Source: Tubulanus polymorphus
Lineage: Eukaryota > Animalia > Nemertea
DNA length: 64,000 bases
Direction of reading: 5' to 3'
Assembly (NCBI RefSeq): GCF_964204645.1
Contig: NC_134029.1
Location: forward strand, 3,286,001 to 3,350,000
Shown: piece by piece, positions 49,755-64,000 of the stretch
Numbering within the stretch: the first letter of the stretch is position 1
Layout of the letters: each line of letters opens with the position of its first letter
The notes under the pieces: generated by a model
Told to the model about the DNA's origin: nothing
The model's input: only the letters and a program-made list of their open reading frames with translations
Database searches by the model: none
Translations under genes and position numbers: made by a program

Positions 49755-49802
49755 TGCCTGAAGAGGGGAAATGTGGCCACTGAAACCGGTTGCAGCAATA
49801 AA
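49755..49802 (+). other. Degenerate minimal type I hammerhead-like motif followed by AATAAA (Penelope-like terminal repeat remnant)
   Basis: TGC-CTGAAGA-(stem II)-GAAA-CCGG-TT-GCA, then AATAAA. Confidence 0.35.
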
Positions 49803-52800
49803 CTTATCTACTCATTCGAAAAATGACATTTTTTTTTACTGTTTTCGCTTCTATGGATTATTTTCAACTATCTGCGCTCTCGATACTCAAGATCTCCGTC
49901 CTAAAGAGTTGCAACTTCCATCAAAATGAGTTTCTATTCTATATACGTTTTCAGTTGGTTGTACTGTATCCCTAATCGCCAATACCATGACAACCGTCTG
50001 TGTATTAATACAAAATTGAGTGTAGTTAATACGACGGATTACTAAATGAAAGAAACTATTTATAGTAGACTACGATTTTTATACATCGTCGTTATTGTAG
50101 CCGTATTCATTTCTAGGAAGTGGAACCAATGCGATAGAGACGGTGAATAATTGCTTCTTTTCTTGAAGGATTAGCGAAACACTACACGTAGTGGTTAACT
50201 ATCCCCCATTCTGTATAAAACCATTAACGGTGAGGCAAGCGGAAAGAGATCTACTGGACCTGTGTTATCACCCTAGGAAAATAAGTTACACAAAACAATA
50301 TAGATTTATTACAGACCCACTTTGAATGAAACTTCATTGATAAGACCAGTAAAATAACCCATGCTGCAGAAAAGAACCGAATATCGCTGCTTTGCAGCTA
50401 TATTTATTCTTGGAATTAATTCAATTGGTCTTGAAATTATTTACTGAAATCAATGAACGATTTTGATGAAACATTGTGCGAAAGACTGGTATACAGGATA
50501 CAGGATACAAGGGTACAGGATACATTACCTAGGCTGCAGAACAGAACCTACTATGGCTGCTTTGCAGCTATATTTACTCCTGCAAGCAATTAATATACCT
50601 TTGGGGACCATTCAATAACCAGAGCATAGAGAAATCACCTGTTCTGCAACTCGGTCATCACGGCTTGTCCTGAATATAGTGGACGGTCATAAACGAACTC
50701 CAAAATGTTACCAGTGAGCAGCAGAATCGAGATTATCGAGATCAAAGATTCATGAGATCAAGAGGCTTGCACGCATTGAGGGCAAGATCAGACATCACCG
50801 CATTCTAATGGACGACCTGATCATAGGTCACGTCCACACACCCAATCAACTAACACAGCATCTCACTGAGCTCAGTGACTAAATAAAGCGGATGTTCAAT
50901 TTGAATTTGCGTCATCTGAATCCATTTAAATATGGGTGATTAGGTTGAATATATGCAATTATCATTAGTGACGAACAAACTTTAGTTCAGATTACTCAGG
51001 CGTAGTGGATGTCTGAATATAGGAAATAAACATACTCTAAAAAACTTGTGTTTTAAGGTCTCCTAGTTAATGGAAGCTTGAAAACAGATATAAGCCACGT
51101 TCACACTATCAATAGTTAGTCCGTTTCAATTTGGCCTCTACCTGGAATGGACTGATTTAGAACAAACTTTTTGCTTCTGAATTGCAACGGGCCAAATTCA
51201 AAACGTTCTTACTAATCTATTGAAAATGGCTCAAATCGGATAGAAACTGACATATTATACGAAAAATCTATATTATTGTCTTTCAAATCACCAGTCCATC
51301 CCTTAAACGAGCCCATCCCTCGAACATACAAAATCCTGATGCTGAATTGCAAGTAGTCATTAATTATGTATAAGGCAAATCTATGCTATTGACAAAACTT
51401 CAAAACACAGACAACAAGAACATCATCGTGTCTAACTGTGAGCAGATCGTCTTACACGTATACACTTTTATTAGATACAAACGACGATTACAAAAAATGT
51501 ATTATTCATGAAAAAAGAGAATATATGAGAAGAATCTACAGACTTCAATTTCGACCTTATTGTCATTCTTAACTCCTTCTCGATGATGCAGTGTCTTATG
51601 AGAGCCGCGAGTATAAAAAACGACTTATTTCTCTCGATGTTTCATCGGTGATACTTTTTCCGAATTAAAGATGCATACGGATTACGTTTGATTTTCGACA
51701 GCGGTGTGAATGAAATAAAGTGAAGTAGATGCCGCCGAGGGCTGCACTTTACAGCAACGTATCATTCGAAATGCCATTCACGATGAGCTTTACCACTACG
51801 GCATTTCATTTCATCAGAATCCAGCTTTCTACGACTATTCTTCGCAAATTCATCCGCGCTTAAAAATACACCTCCTGGCGAAGCAGGTAATTTACAGTCC
51901 GAAGCTATGAAACAAATTGCTAGAATCAAATGGCTTCTGAAACTGGTTCCCTGGACAACTAATCGATATCGGCATCTTCTAAATGAGTACTTATAAATCT
52001 ATTTTCCAACTGAAACCTTCGATTTTGTCTTGTTAGAACATCTTCTGAGGTGTCACAAGAATCATTTCGTCGGCCCAACCAAATTCCGGTTGTGAATAAT
52101 GCTTGTAATCGCGATTTTGGTTGCACATGTTACTATTTCTGATTTATAGGAGAGGAAAATCAATCAACCCTAAATATAAACACCGTCTACCTATCAAACA
52201 CTTAACACAAACCATCAAAAACCAAAGACGACTTTCAAATCGGTGAAGAGAAATCTCGAAATAAAGTATAATTTTCCTATTAGATCTCTGTGATGTTGTG
52301 TCTACCATAGTTGAGCGAATGACGATCATTATTTCTGCAAATCGATTTGTGTGATAACTATTTATACCCGAAATCAAAATGATATATACAAGATACACGT
52401 ATGTCCTGAAGGTTGCGATCGAAAATATCTAAAATAGTATAAACATACCTTATATATTAGGTGTAAAAACTTTTAATCTATACAAATGACATTGACACTC
52501 CCAACATTCAAATGGCAGTTTCTGTTGACTTCAAGACATTTCTGTTAATATCATATCCTACTCAGGCAAAATCCTAGTTCTATTCATAAACCTATCCTAC
52601 CGTAGACGTGATTAAAAAAAATTTGGTGCTTTGCTGATTAAGATGAGCCCAAACGCTTGGGCAAAGTAACGAATAACTAATAACTATTTTCTAGGGAGGT
52701 GCAAGCACTCGCAATGATCGAATAGATAAAAAAAAACTAGGTGAAGTAATTGTCAACTGTTAGCAATGAAACTCTATGAAAAACTTATGAGAATTATTAT

Positions 52801-55800
52801 ATACACACACATTTAGGTCGGATTCGTGATTTAATAGAAACATAATTTCAATCCTTTAAAACAATATTCAACTATAATCGAAATGAAAATGGAAATGCAA
52901 TCAAACCTGGTTTGATCATCGTCATCATAACCGATTGAATAAATCCCGTCAAACGGATATAACTAAATATTTTGCCGTTTAAAAAACTAGTTATAATTAG
53001 GATCCGTCTGGAATTGCGAAGATATATTCATCATCAACATCATCGTCGTTATCATCTTGCGCGCTATAGTTGTAAATATATCCATGGTAACAATGAAACT
53101 GCAGTAGTAGCTGTTCTCTGACAGTATACACGCACGGCAGCACGCAGGCTTATTACGTATCGTGACGACATGTCGTAGTCGCGGCAGCGGCTGTGATGAT
53201 GAGGACGTCTGTCTGTCCTGCGCGTTTCTTTCTATCGTTCTCTCTCTCATTCCTCACCCGCAAAACGCCGGCTCATTACTGCAGATTGAGCCTAATTGGA
53301 AAGTCGGCCGCAGCGGCTGTTTCCCGTAATCAGTGCAGCATGCCACTCGGTCATCAATAACTCTCACTCAGTTCGAGAGCGCCGCGTCAATGACAAGAAA
53401 ATCTATAATTCAATTCATATTTCTAGAATATCCTGACAAAAATCTTGACCTGAAAGGCTAAAGCGTGGTCATAGCAGGGCCTGAGCACCGTGGGAACATA
53501 GCTGGAACAGGGTCTGGAGCAAGGCTTGAGCAAGGCTGGAGTAGGGTCTGGGGCATGGCCTGTGTATGGCAAGAGCGTAACTGGAGCATGGCTGGAGCAT
53601 GGCTGGAGTATGGCTGTGAACAGATCGTTGAGAGAATACTGAAAGATGACATTTTTCTCATCAATTCCACCAAACTTTTATTGGCAGCAAAATGTAGAAA
53701 GCCATCCTAATTTCAGTCGAATGTCATATTAACAATTTCTAAAGAGTCTATGAAAATTGAAAACTTGTCAAGTTAAACATTTAATATGAACAGTGAAGGC
53801 TGTCTAGACACCATCGATCAGGGCTAATAGATAAAATGTGTTGAAACCAGAAACCAAAATCGTTGCCCATCGAGAAGATAGTTACTAATATAACACATTG
53901 TATGAATGTGAAAACACTATATCATCAAAGCATATAACATATTTCTAGTGTTTGGTCAATATTCTGATAGAGAACTGAACCCGAGTCAGTATCGTTTTAT
54001 ATCATATCCAAGAAGAAAATCCACTGATATGTGCATTCTGTGAACCTGAAGTGGTAGAGCAATGGTATAGAATGGCATATTGTTTCCTTGGTATGGATGG
54101 TTTGATTTGGTATAGTATAGTGGTACTGTGGGATGGTGTACCGTGGTATGGTAAAGGGCATTAACACTAGTCCCACTAGTCTTTATGCATTTTTGACCTC
54201 AGAGTTGTAATCGAATTCATAAAAATCGTCGCCTGGTGGTAAAAACCAGCCTCAATAACACTTGTATGTAATGCTAGTTTTACAGATCCGATGAATCAAT
54301 TTTATTCAATCTTGGAACAAGATTGAAGGCGGTAGTGCAACCGGGGTCCCTACAGAGTACCAATCATAACATTGGAATCAATGTAATGTGTCAGTTACAA
54401 TCCATCAAGTGAAAAGCATTTCCCCGCGTGCTGTTGAATACATAATAAATTAACATCTTATTCGAAACCGAGTCTTCGCTGCGTTTTTTTTTTTTCATCA
54501 TGGAAATTCTCGTGATGCCGCACACCGCGATGATCTCCGCTGTGGTTTCATCATGAATTATTCAATTATCTGAAATGTGCCATTCTTAATTGATACGGAG
54601 AAATATATGCGCAGAATCAAATTTCCAAGTATCTAAACGTAACAGTAAATGGAAGCATTCTGTGCTTTGCAAGGCAGTTATTTCAAAAGACAATAACAGG
54701 ACTTCCAACCGGAGAAAAGCGCTGTCAGTAACGATCAGAATTTCATTGAAACATGAAAGAAAATGTTCAAATTAATCAGAAATCAAGGGTAAGACCCTCT
54801 GTAACATCTTTGACGTTCTGTATGCATAAAACAATTTCAATCAGTCTTTCTCTGGACAAAATAGAAAACCAAATACTGAAAATCAGGAACAGTTGGCAGC
54901 TCTACAATTTTGTTACTGATATTTGGTAATCATGAAATAAGCCAAGACTGGTTTTAATGACAGGAATGATTTAGATATTTTTGTTTTTTGCATGTTTCTC
55001 GTGGGTTCAGGATTTAACTGATGGGCTGCAGTAGCCACGCGCTGATAAATGGGCTATTTAGGAAACATTTATGAGCACTGGTGCCACGGAGTAAATTGCT
55101 AGATGCTACATTTCCAACAGCCACAAACTAGTTTAGTGATTGCCAAACCTACGCATTCAATTGTCACCAATTCACCCCAATTTCATAGTCGGTAGGCATT
55201 TTTGTATGATATGTGAGGTAAGCGTAACAAACCAAGCTCCTAAATAATACCAATTTTCTGTTGAAGCGTAGCAAACGTGGAAACCCAATCAACGCAAGAT
55301 GACTTGGCTATAATTGCTATTCAAACTGCCGTAAAATTACAGCGCTCAACTTTCATAGTTGGCTCTCGTCGAGGCCGTATTTAAAATTAACTAGAATTTG
55401 ACCTGCCTTCATCAGAAAAACTTCAATTATCGCAGGTAATTTTTCGCCATTTTGAACATTTTCAAGCTAGAAATGCATCACCGTGAACTTCTAAGATTGA
55501 TTGAAAATGAACAATTCACGACTTCATGCATTTGAGAATCTTTACCGCGAAGCTAAGCATCAGAAATACAAAAATGAAAGCCCAAAATAATCTAAGCACA
55601 TTTTTGTCGAAAAATCTGATCGAAACTAGTTTAAATAGTCTTATGTTTCTTATGCTGAACTTTTTAACGGTTTCGTCGAGTAAAACTTGGTAAACTGAAG
55701 ATCTTTCAGATATCGCTTCAAAGAACCGATTACTCTCAGGTAGCAGCAACATCTCGATATCGGAATAATCCCAATGAAATATCGAATAAACGTCTAATGT

Positions 55801-58582
55801 TACATCATCGTTCCCTAATTTTACGCGTATTCCATATGGAAATACCAAAAGAGAAAGAACGGCAACGAAGTATCCATAACTGTAGCGGAAAATCCGTCTG
55901 TCAATGGTAGGTCCAGTCAAGCGTCATTGTTCACAGATGAGTAGTTGTCATTTCGATGATAGAAATTGTCGTAAGAGGAAATGTACATGTAGTAATCAGA
56001 ACCGGAGGCATTCGACGAACGACGCGTACAACTCGGTCTGATTGTTATTTCAAAAAACACCGAGCGATGATTTTTATTCTAACCCGTAACGATGACTAGC
56101 CTCGAGCTGGCTTCGGTTCCGCGTCAGTTTTTACTCGCTACAGACTGTCATTCGCGGATGAAGAACGAAGTTATTGAAAGCTTTTTCGTTTTTTTTTACG
56201 CTCGCCACAAACAACGCTACTGAACAAACATGTAACTAAAAAAAAAACGATCGAGGATCTCGATCAGTTGAAACTTGGAATTAGCAGGTGAATACTTGGA
56301 GGGGTTGATTTTACAGGACATATTATCTTCACCATACGACTCAAGCTTTGAAAGCTTATCAAGATTCATAGCAACTATCAATAATCAAAGCAACAATATT
56401 GAGAAAATTCTTAAAAATCCAAGTTATTCCGGTTTCAAAATGGTGCATAAGAGATGATTATTGTAGATTTCATGATTCCTTTCAACATGTTTTTATTACC
56501 GATGGCAGATTTTTATTACATTGTGACAATTTAAACGTCAGCGCAGAAAGATATATGAACAATTAATTGTACTGTATTCGCAATTGTCAGTTACAATTAC
56601 GCATGTAATCCAACAGCAATATGTCACAGCAACACCAGGACATACAGAGACAGAGATTAATGAACAAATATACAGGAGTAGAAATACAGAAAGTTTGAAG
56701 GCAAATATTCAAATCTGCTTCACTTTATTAAAGTAATCATTCACGGATTCTGTTTTTGTGTTTCTATAATTTCCTATCATAATTCTGACCAATCGATCGA
56801 AATATTGACCTTCCACTATTCGCCCGGCGGACATGACCTCATCTTGAGAACATCTTCACAAATATCTCGGCTCCTTGAAGCATCAACGACCTTCATTCGT
56901 GCGAGTGCCGAGTAATGAACTGAATGACTCGGACCTGAGAAATGTATCCTTAGCTTTACGAAGTTGTCAACGCGATATTGACTAACTTAATGAAGAGAAA
57001 CGTATGTTAAGACGTACGTGAATTAGTACTAAAATGTTTATCGACATGAATTATTGAGGTTTGTCTCATGAATGCACACAGGTAGATATCATATAGATTT
57101 TTATCGTGTAACATCATAAGCAGCCCCTAATTAATAAGTTATCTACCCTCATCCGCTTAGTGTAGTTTATTACATCGGGTGTGGCTATCTACACTCAAGA
57201 GCCGAGTTCACACTACGTTATTTGATACGTTGTTCAATATTTAGTCCGTTCAAATTGGGTATGGACCAAGCATCCACAGTCATTATTGAACAGCCAGGAG
57301 CCTATCCCTCTTATTTCTTCTCAATGCTCGACGATGACAATTTCAATTCGATTAACGAAGGTGATTATTTGTTCGTGATTCTAGTGTGGGTGTGTACGAG
57401 GGGTGATTGTACCCGGGCAGGACGCCATTAACAACTATTGATAATTCAATTATAAACTGAGTTGTTTTCTAACACAGCGATCAGTGATTGCAACGTGACT
57501 GTAATTCCGCAAAGAATTCTATAATTAAATCAATACGTAGCACTCATAATTAAGACGTGCCGTATTTAATCACGATGATGAAGGTGTGTGCGGCGGATTG
57601 CGTGCTGTTAAACTCGTCCTTAAAAATCAACAATCTTCGTCAAAGTTTTTTTTCGTTATCAGGATGAATAGAATGACATTAATCATCCTAATACGTGTCG
57701 TATGATTGACAATGATTAAATCGGTACATAATTGGGACTAAGATTTGTCAATAAATTATCCACTCATCAAGAAGGTCAGCTATACTGAGATTTCAAGGAC
57801 CCAAGTGTGACTCTTGATAGAGTTAAAATTAGTTGATTTTTTGACGCCGTAAAAAACCATTACAAGTTAGTTTTCTTGCTTATGTTTGATCTTGTAATAG
57901 GGATGATCTACCATCTTTCCTCTTGATAGAACAACAGGAATTATACGCCACAATGACCAGCAACTTACACTGATACGACGTCATATATGCGGGATAGCAT
58001 GCGGAATGCATGAAATTGAATCATTTAAACCTCCGAACTCCTGCAGCACATGCCTAGATATAATCTGTTATGTTCTAACTCCCGAGGTCTCATAGTTTCT
58101 TCCGCTAACAAGCAATGCGATACTGTTAGACACAATTAGATAGATTGACAAATGTCCAGAAGCAACCTGACCCGTGCCTATCATTAGGGTCGAGGGTCTG
58201 CGTAGGTGTCTCCGACTACAGCTGATCTCCGAAATAGGAATAGCTGTTAATAACACAGACGAAGCAGGTTATTCAGCCGGTGATAAATATCAATCTGAAG
58301 AAGGAATGAGACAGGCGACATCCGCCTCGTTTGCAACTCTTATCATAGACTGTAATTTCCTGCACCACGCGAGACTTGTTACCGTCACGAGTATTTAAAC
58401 AACGCAGGATGCGACACCAACTCGAGAAACACTCGTTACTAAACAGTTAATGCAAGCGAAACTTCCTTGTCAATCAGATTGACAACAATGAGACTAATCT
58501 ATTATCAAGAAAAAATATGATAAATGTAATAACATTTAAACTTGCTACGCACATATATATTACATTTGAAACAAATCATTAA

Positions 58583-58830
58583 CCCCTTCTGTGTGGTGTA
58601 CAAATCAGTGATGGACTTTCCTAGTACACTGCACCGCGATGTTTTGATGTAATTAGTTTTATCTCTATCGAAAGATGGCAGCACCTGTCTAACATAGTGA
58701 AATATCAGTAACTATCGATACACTTTGCCAAAGTGTAGACGCACCTTAGTGATAAAACCATTATTCAACACACTATATATTTTTAAACTTAATTTTCAAA
58801 GTATCTGCAACACTTTCGGGTACTAATTAG
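58583..58830. mobile_element. Degenerate second copy of the piggyBac-type MITE
   Basis: Begins TTAA|CCCCTTCTGTG and shares TTTATCTCTAT-GAAAGATGGCAGCACCTGTC...AGTGAAATAT with 44322-44601; right TIR not seen. Confidence 0.65.
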
Positions 58831-59385
58831 TCAGTAGGTTCCTCTAGAGAGAGTCCAATACACCATGTCTTTTAATTTTTGATTTCAATTCGAATGGGCC
58901 AAATTAGAACAGACTTTCCACTAGCGTGAACGCTTGATCTAAATTTAGAACGTTCTAAATAATGAAGTGCGAAACGCCGCTGATATTCGTTTGAATTTTC
59001 TTTTCTAGCCCTGAAGCGTCTTCGCATAAACAACCCACGCATTCCCGTCCAAAATAATCATCAGTCTCATCTAGCATCGCTGCTGGTTCATTTATTCAAT
59101 TTCTCAGTAGGATTCTGTTTGTTGTAGATATCAACTTCGTTAAGTTTTATACCGAATCCCAACACACAACACACATACATACAATATATCAGTAGTCTGC
59201 TGCAGTGTGACGACCGACAGTAGTCGAAGTGACAAGTTTGAAGTCATGAAGTCTCGCGAGATGAACCTCATGAATCAAAATGCAGACTTACTTCTTTTTT
59301 ACCGAATATACTGAATCATACCCGAACAGTGAGTAAAAACCAGAAAAAAACTTTCCATGATCAGTTTCAGTTAAAAATCCTCATG

Positions 59386-59714
59386 CATAGTGGTCACTTT
59401 CCGCCAATTTACAAATGCCCTGAGTTTTTTCAGTGGAATTGGTTTAAAATGTTTCAATTCATTTATGTCTCTTGAATCATATAGTGATAAAGAAACACGT
59501 GGTCGATAACAAATCCAAATTCCCTAAGATTTCCAGGTTTTTGGTAAAATTGGTCAAATACCCTGGACCCGGTTCCACAGTCATGAGTTAGAGTTAACAC
59601 CGAGTTAAAATTAGTTCATTTTCAATGCGTTAACTCAGAGTTTAATCTTAACTCACAACTGTGAAACTGGCTCCTGAGTTTTTATTACGGTTTTCCAGCT
59701 CAGTGGCCACCCTG
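59386..59714. mobile_element. MITE ending AGTGGCCACCCTG (hAT-like), interrupted by a nested MITE
   Basis: CATAGTGGTCACT ... AGTGGCCACCCTG; colinear with the uninterrupted relative at 61544-61823. Confidence 0.6.
59566..59673. mobile_element. Nested Harbinger-like MITE with CTG target-site duplication; partial relatives at about 37086 and 45425
   Basis: ctg|GACCCGGTTCCACAGTCATGAGTTA ... TAACTCACAACTGTGAAACTGGCTC|ctg. Confidence 0.7.
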
Positions 59715-61543
59715 TCATACATGTATTTTGTTATTGTCATGTTTTAAGCCCAGTGGTATGGCAAGCTTTTTGAACCATTCTCTTTCCATAACTTGCATTG
59801 CTTTTAGATATTTGTTACCAGGTTCCAGGATCAGCTCCAACCCCTGTAATAGATATGCTCACTATTTATCAATTACTAGGATCATGTTTACAGGTAGTCA
59901 ACTGATTCTCCATTCTTACCGCATCAATAACAGGTTCTTCGTTTAGAGTTCGAACTTTTCATTTCCGATATTTTGATCATATTGAAATTTAGATGAAAAC
60001 TATCGAACTGGATACGGTACTTCGAGTTTACTTTTTCAAACGACTAAAAACTGATTCAATTCATTTCTTCGGATTCGGTAAAATGCACCACGTTCTGTGA
60101 ATAGCACACTCTCAAGAGAAAGAAGGGATTGGCTTAAATAACAGCCGACGATATGTTTTCCATTTCATAATAATGAAGCCGAGATCAAAGGCGCAGAGAG
60201 AGAGAGAGAGATAGGGAGAAACTCGTCATTTGATAACTGATCGGTTGTAATGTATTTTCTATTCGTCACTAGTTGATGCAGGATAAGAGCAGATGAGATT
60301 ACACATCAGTATTCTATTGTCATCCGTTTCCCGTATTGTTGCAGAGTAATAACTGACCCCACACCACGGAGCCGTTCTCGCAACAAAGATTTGACAGAAA
60401 ACCTAAGTAGCGACTATCAATTTCCAAGTACTATTTTTTGGGGTTTTTTTCCCTAGTGGCAAACGTCGTGCAGCCCGCATAGTTTATAATGATAACTAAT
60501 TTATATAATATTTTCTGTACACATAAAGTTTATTACATTGTATTGAGCTGCATTGTATTACATATTTCTGCTCCTTGTCCTAAATTGGTCAATTCCATTC
60601 TAGATTCTAGAATGAACCATTTCTAGAATTTTCTAGAATAGAAACATTACTTTCATTGCCTGTCAATCTCAAGTCTAGCTGGACCAATGAAAACAGCTGA
60701 TGATAAACGCACAGCATTGATTGTGTCTATTTCAAATTTGACCATACCTAATCCAGGTACGTGCCAAATGAGAATGGACTAACTGTGAACGTGAATCTAT
60801 AGAAACATTTTCATCAATTACAATATCTGTCCAAGAATATCATCTCCCAACAATATCCTCGGGTTTATATCAGTATTAAAGATATCAATGCTAGTTTGCT
60901 GATGGCATCTGTGAAGCTTTCCGAATCTATATACTCTACACTGTGTTTCAATCGAAGGCTCGTTCGTGCCACATCTTTGGGTCAATCATTGATGGAGGAA
61001 AGTTGACATAAGTGCACTTTCAGGGAAACGATATTTCTAGATATCTATACGAGAGCCGGGAGCAGGGAGCTTTTTAGAGTCGGTTCTTACTGATTTCTGT
61101 TCATCATTATCACTTTTTATCATAGTGAACTAGATATCTATAATATCAGACATTTCTATCAAGTCCGATAAATACTATAGAAACACTCAATAAAAATCAA
61201 TATCATTCAGAGCTTTCATTGAGGATAAGCTACTAGGACACTGGGAGGATGGGTACACAAGAGAGTTGGTGTCTCATTTAAGCATATATCTATTTGTTTG
61301 TCACTCATTTCATGGATGTCAGACAAACAGGAAGTAGTACAAGTTCAAGGTAACTCGGGCAGATTGTCGATAGTCAGTGCAGGCACCAAATAATCATAAA
61401 CATATCTTCTCAATTTCAGACAGCAAGAGTTTCCCAATAGCGATTCTGGATACTCGATGTAGCTTCACGACCTAAATACCAGACAACTACTTAAATAACT
61501 TACTGAAATATTGAAATATCATTTATTAGAGATGAGATTTAAT

Positions 61544-61823
61544 CAGGTTGCCCATTTTCTGCCAATTAACAAATTCCCTGTAATTTCCGATATTTTCATG
61601 TTATAACAGAAAATTTCCAGAGTGAATCCGAGCATTTCTTGGTTTAAATGTTACAATTACTTCAGTGAATCAAGTATCGATAAACATGTGGTCAACAGCA
61701 TTATCCATCTTCCCTAAGTTTTCAAGGTTTGACGTAATATTTGTCAAATTCTATAGTTTTTTTTTTCTAGATTTGTCTAAGTTTTCCAGATTTTCCAAGT
61801 TATCCAGATCAGTGGCCACCCAG
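61544..61823. mobile_element. MITE related to 59386-59714
   Basis: CAGGTTGCCCATTTTCTGCCAATTAACAAATTCCCTG ... TCCAGATCAGTGGCCACCCAG. Confidence 0.55.
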
Positions 61824-64000
61824 TGCAATAAAAATTCGGTATCGATGATATCTAGTGCATTCTCCGCACTAATGCACACACATTTTTTGTCATCGCGCCA
61901 CAAATATATCTAACACTAGGCGTCATCACATCAAGACATCAATGTACGCTGATACCACACCGAACATTAGGTAATCTATTGAAGACCAATCATTGCGAAA
62001 ACTATTCCGGTTTTATCCTTTGCAATCGATGCCGGCTCCACCGGAGATTAGCTAAACAGTTGACGACGCATTTGTAGATGTAAATTTATTCGAAACGCGA
62101 TTATGTTGGCAGTAATCGCGCGCCGAGAATCGAGCCGATATTAACAGCCCCCGTTAACGACCTCGGATCGCTGCACTATCCGGCGTAGAATCTTCAAAAA
62201 CAACCGTTTCATTTCAATCGAAGTTTTACGGAAAATTCTTCTATAGACGAGATAAAATCAGTAACAACTTTACTTCAATTCCCGATTTAACAACTATTAT
62301 CATTTCATTAACGAGTTTCTTGGAGCCATTTTATCTAGGCAGTCTGGCCACACAGTCGCCAGCACTAGGATAGATGACATCTAGCGTCTTAGACGATTTA
62401 GATTCGGAGAAATGTTCAGCTTCGATGCCTCGACAGTTGCGAAGACGAGGAGACGCACCGACGGGTCTCAGGTGGATCCGTGAAATTTGATCAGAGAAGT
62501 TTATGTGACATAGACGATTAACTAGTCATAAAATATACACAAAAGTTCCGTCTGCACGAAGACAACCAGACAGACAAACTTATGGCAGACATTTCTAATC
62601 AATATTCATCTCAATTAACGAGCAATATATACAGGTAGAAAAATCCCCATTAAAACAACTTGAAAGTTTTTAACAACAACAATTTGTGCCGTAGTTTGCC
62701 TCATTACGAAGTTGTCAGTTACATATGTATGTATCAAGTGAAAATACAAGTTTTCGAAACGGTTGTTAAACTAAGCTGTCTAGACCGGGTGGCACGGATT
62801 AGATTTTCCAAATTCATCCAAAAAGCTATACGTTTTTTGTTTTTTATGATCGGAGAAAAACTTTCATCAACAAAAATAGCTATCTGTGTGAAAATACTGG
62901 TTTTTCAAAATGGTGACAAAGAAGAAAAAGCTGTCTAGAAATCCGTGGGCACTGATGAGATTTTCCAAAAGTCATCACAAACATATATACACTTCTTCTT
63001 GTCATTCTAGTCTTAGGAAAACTTTCATCAACAAAAAGAGAAAACTATTTGCGTAGATTGGTGGTGGTGTTACTATTAGGCAAATGACAATTGCTTCCTA
63101 CTGGTAGCATTGATGTAATGGCAGAAACTAGATGTAATCTCTGACTGAATAGCTTCGTAGACTATGCCATAGAAAAAGTCTCACATGTATGTATGCGGAT
63201 ACTTGTAGATTAACATCAAGGGAATAGAAACCAATTGTCAGTGATATATAATGACAATCCAACTGTATTCCCAGGATAGCTACTCAACCCACGAACGGAC
63301 GCAAAGCTCTGGAATTAGTCCAGCATTGCATAATTGCATAGAAGCATCATCCTTCATCTTGATATAGACAATTTCAGCGTAATATTGACGTAAATGATAT
63401 TCCAGTAAGTTATTTATATCGGGTGATTTGCTATTTTGCTAACGAAACTTGTTTTTTATTGTATTTTTGTCACAGCCAATAACTGATATACAATATGACA
63501 CCCACGCGATTGTGTTGCTTAGATTTTTTCCTGACATTTTCCGGACCTGCATTTCCATCTCATGGTACAAACTTCTCTCCGTATGGAGATGTCAACGTCG
63601 CAAAAAAGAAAGCCACAAACATAAATAAACCCACTGAAGTTGTCGGCAATAAAGAGCTGACAAATTCGGAAATAATGGATTCGACATTCATCGACCATTC
63701 ACCATCAAAAAAAGACCAAAGTGCGAGAAAAGTCTCTGAAATGCTAGTGAAAAGTTGGCAGAATGTTGATTAGTTGTCACAGTTAATCTAAAGAATATGA
63801 TATAAGAACCTTAGACTTATACAACTGCACATCGATATATTCACTGCATCCAATAGAAAATTACATACAAGTACATACATTGTTATCGGGGTTGTTATGT
63901 ACGGTTTGCCAAACGTTATAACAAATCAAACATGGCATTCGCGCATTCCACGCCGAGAGAGAGGAGAATACCAATAACGCAAGAGAGTGAGCAACAGTTG

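Noticed and set aside
55516-55920. 134-aa hydrophobic ORF and other 60-110-aa ORFs in the large intron
   Set aside because: No recognisable domain, mostly non-ATG starts, composition typical of AT-rich non-coding DNA.

Overview
AT-rich, intron-containing eukaryotic DNA from a metazoan; the gene content suggests a spiralian/lophotrochozoan invertebrate (inference). The first ~21 kb is gene-dense. It holds the 5' part of a secreted cyclophilin-B-like gene (minus strand) with two tandem paralogous N-terminal exons only 36 nt apart, two near-identical U4 snRNA genes flanking a tRNA-Thr(AGT) and a 20-bp minisatellite, and a third, divergently oriented, expanded U4-derived sequence. Then follow an intronless peptide-receptor-type GPCR, an intronless TRPV-like channel, and the 3' exons (PTB tail, PDZ1, PDZ2) of an APBA/X11/Mint/lin-10 gene (minus strand). 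The remaining ~43 kb looks like one giant APBA intron. It contains MITEs, satellites, a 124-bp-arm near-perfect palindrome, a hammerhead-like remnant, and several candidate alternative first exons and microexons that are in frame with the APBA 3' exons. Splice models were read by eye and are unverified. Almost all short ORFs in the supplied track look like noise.
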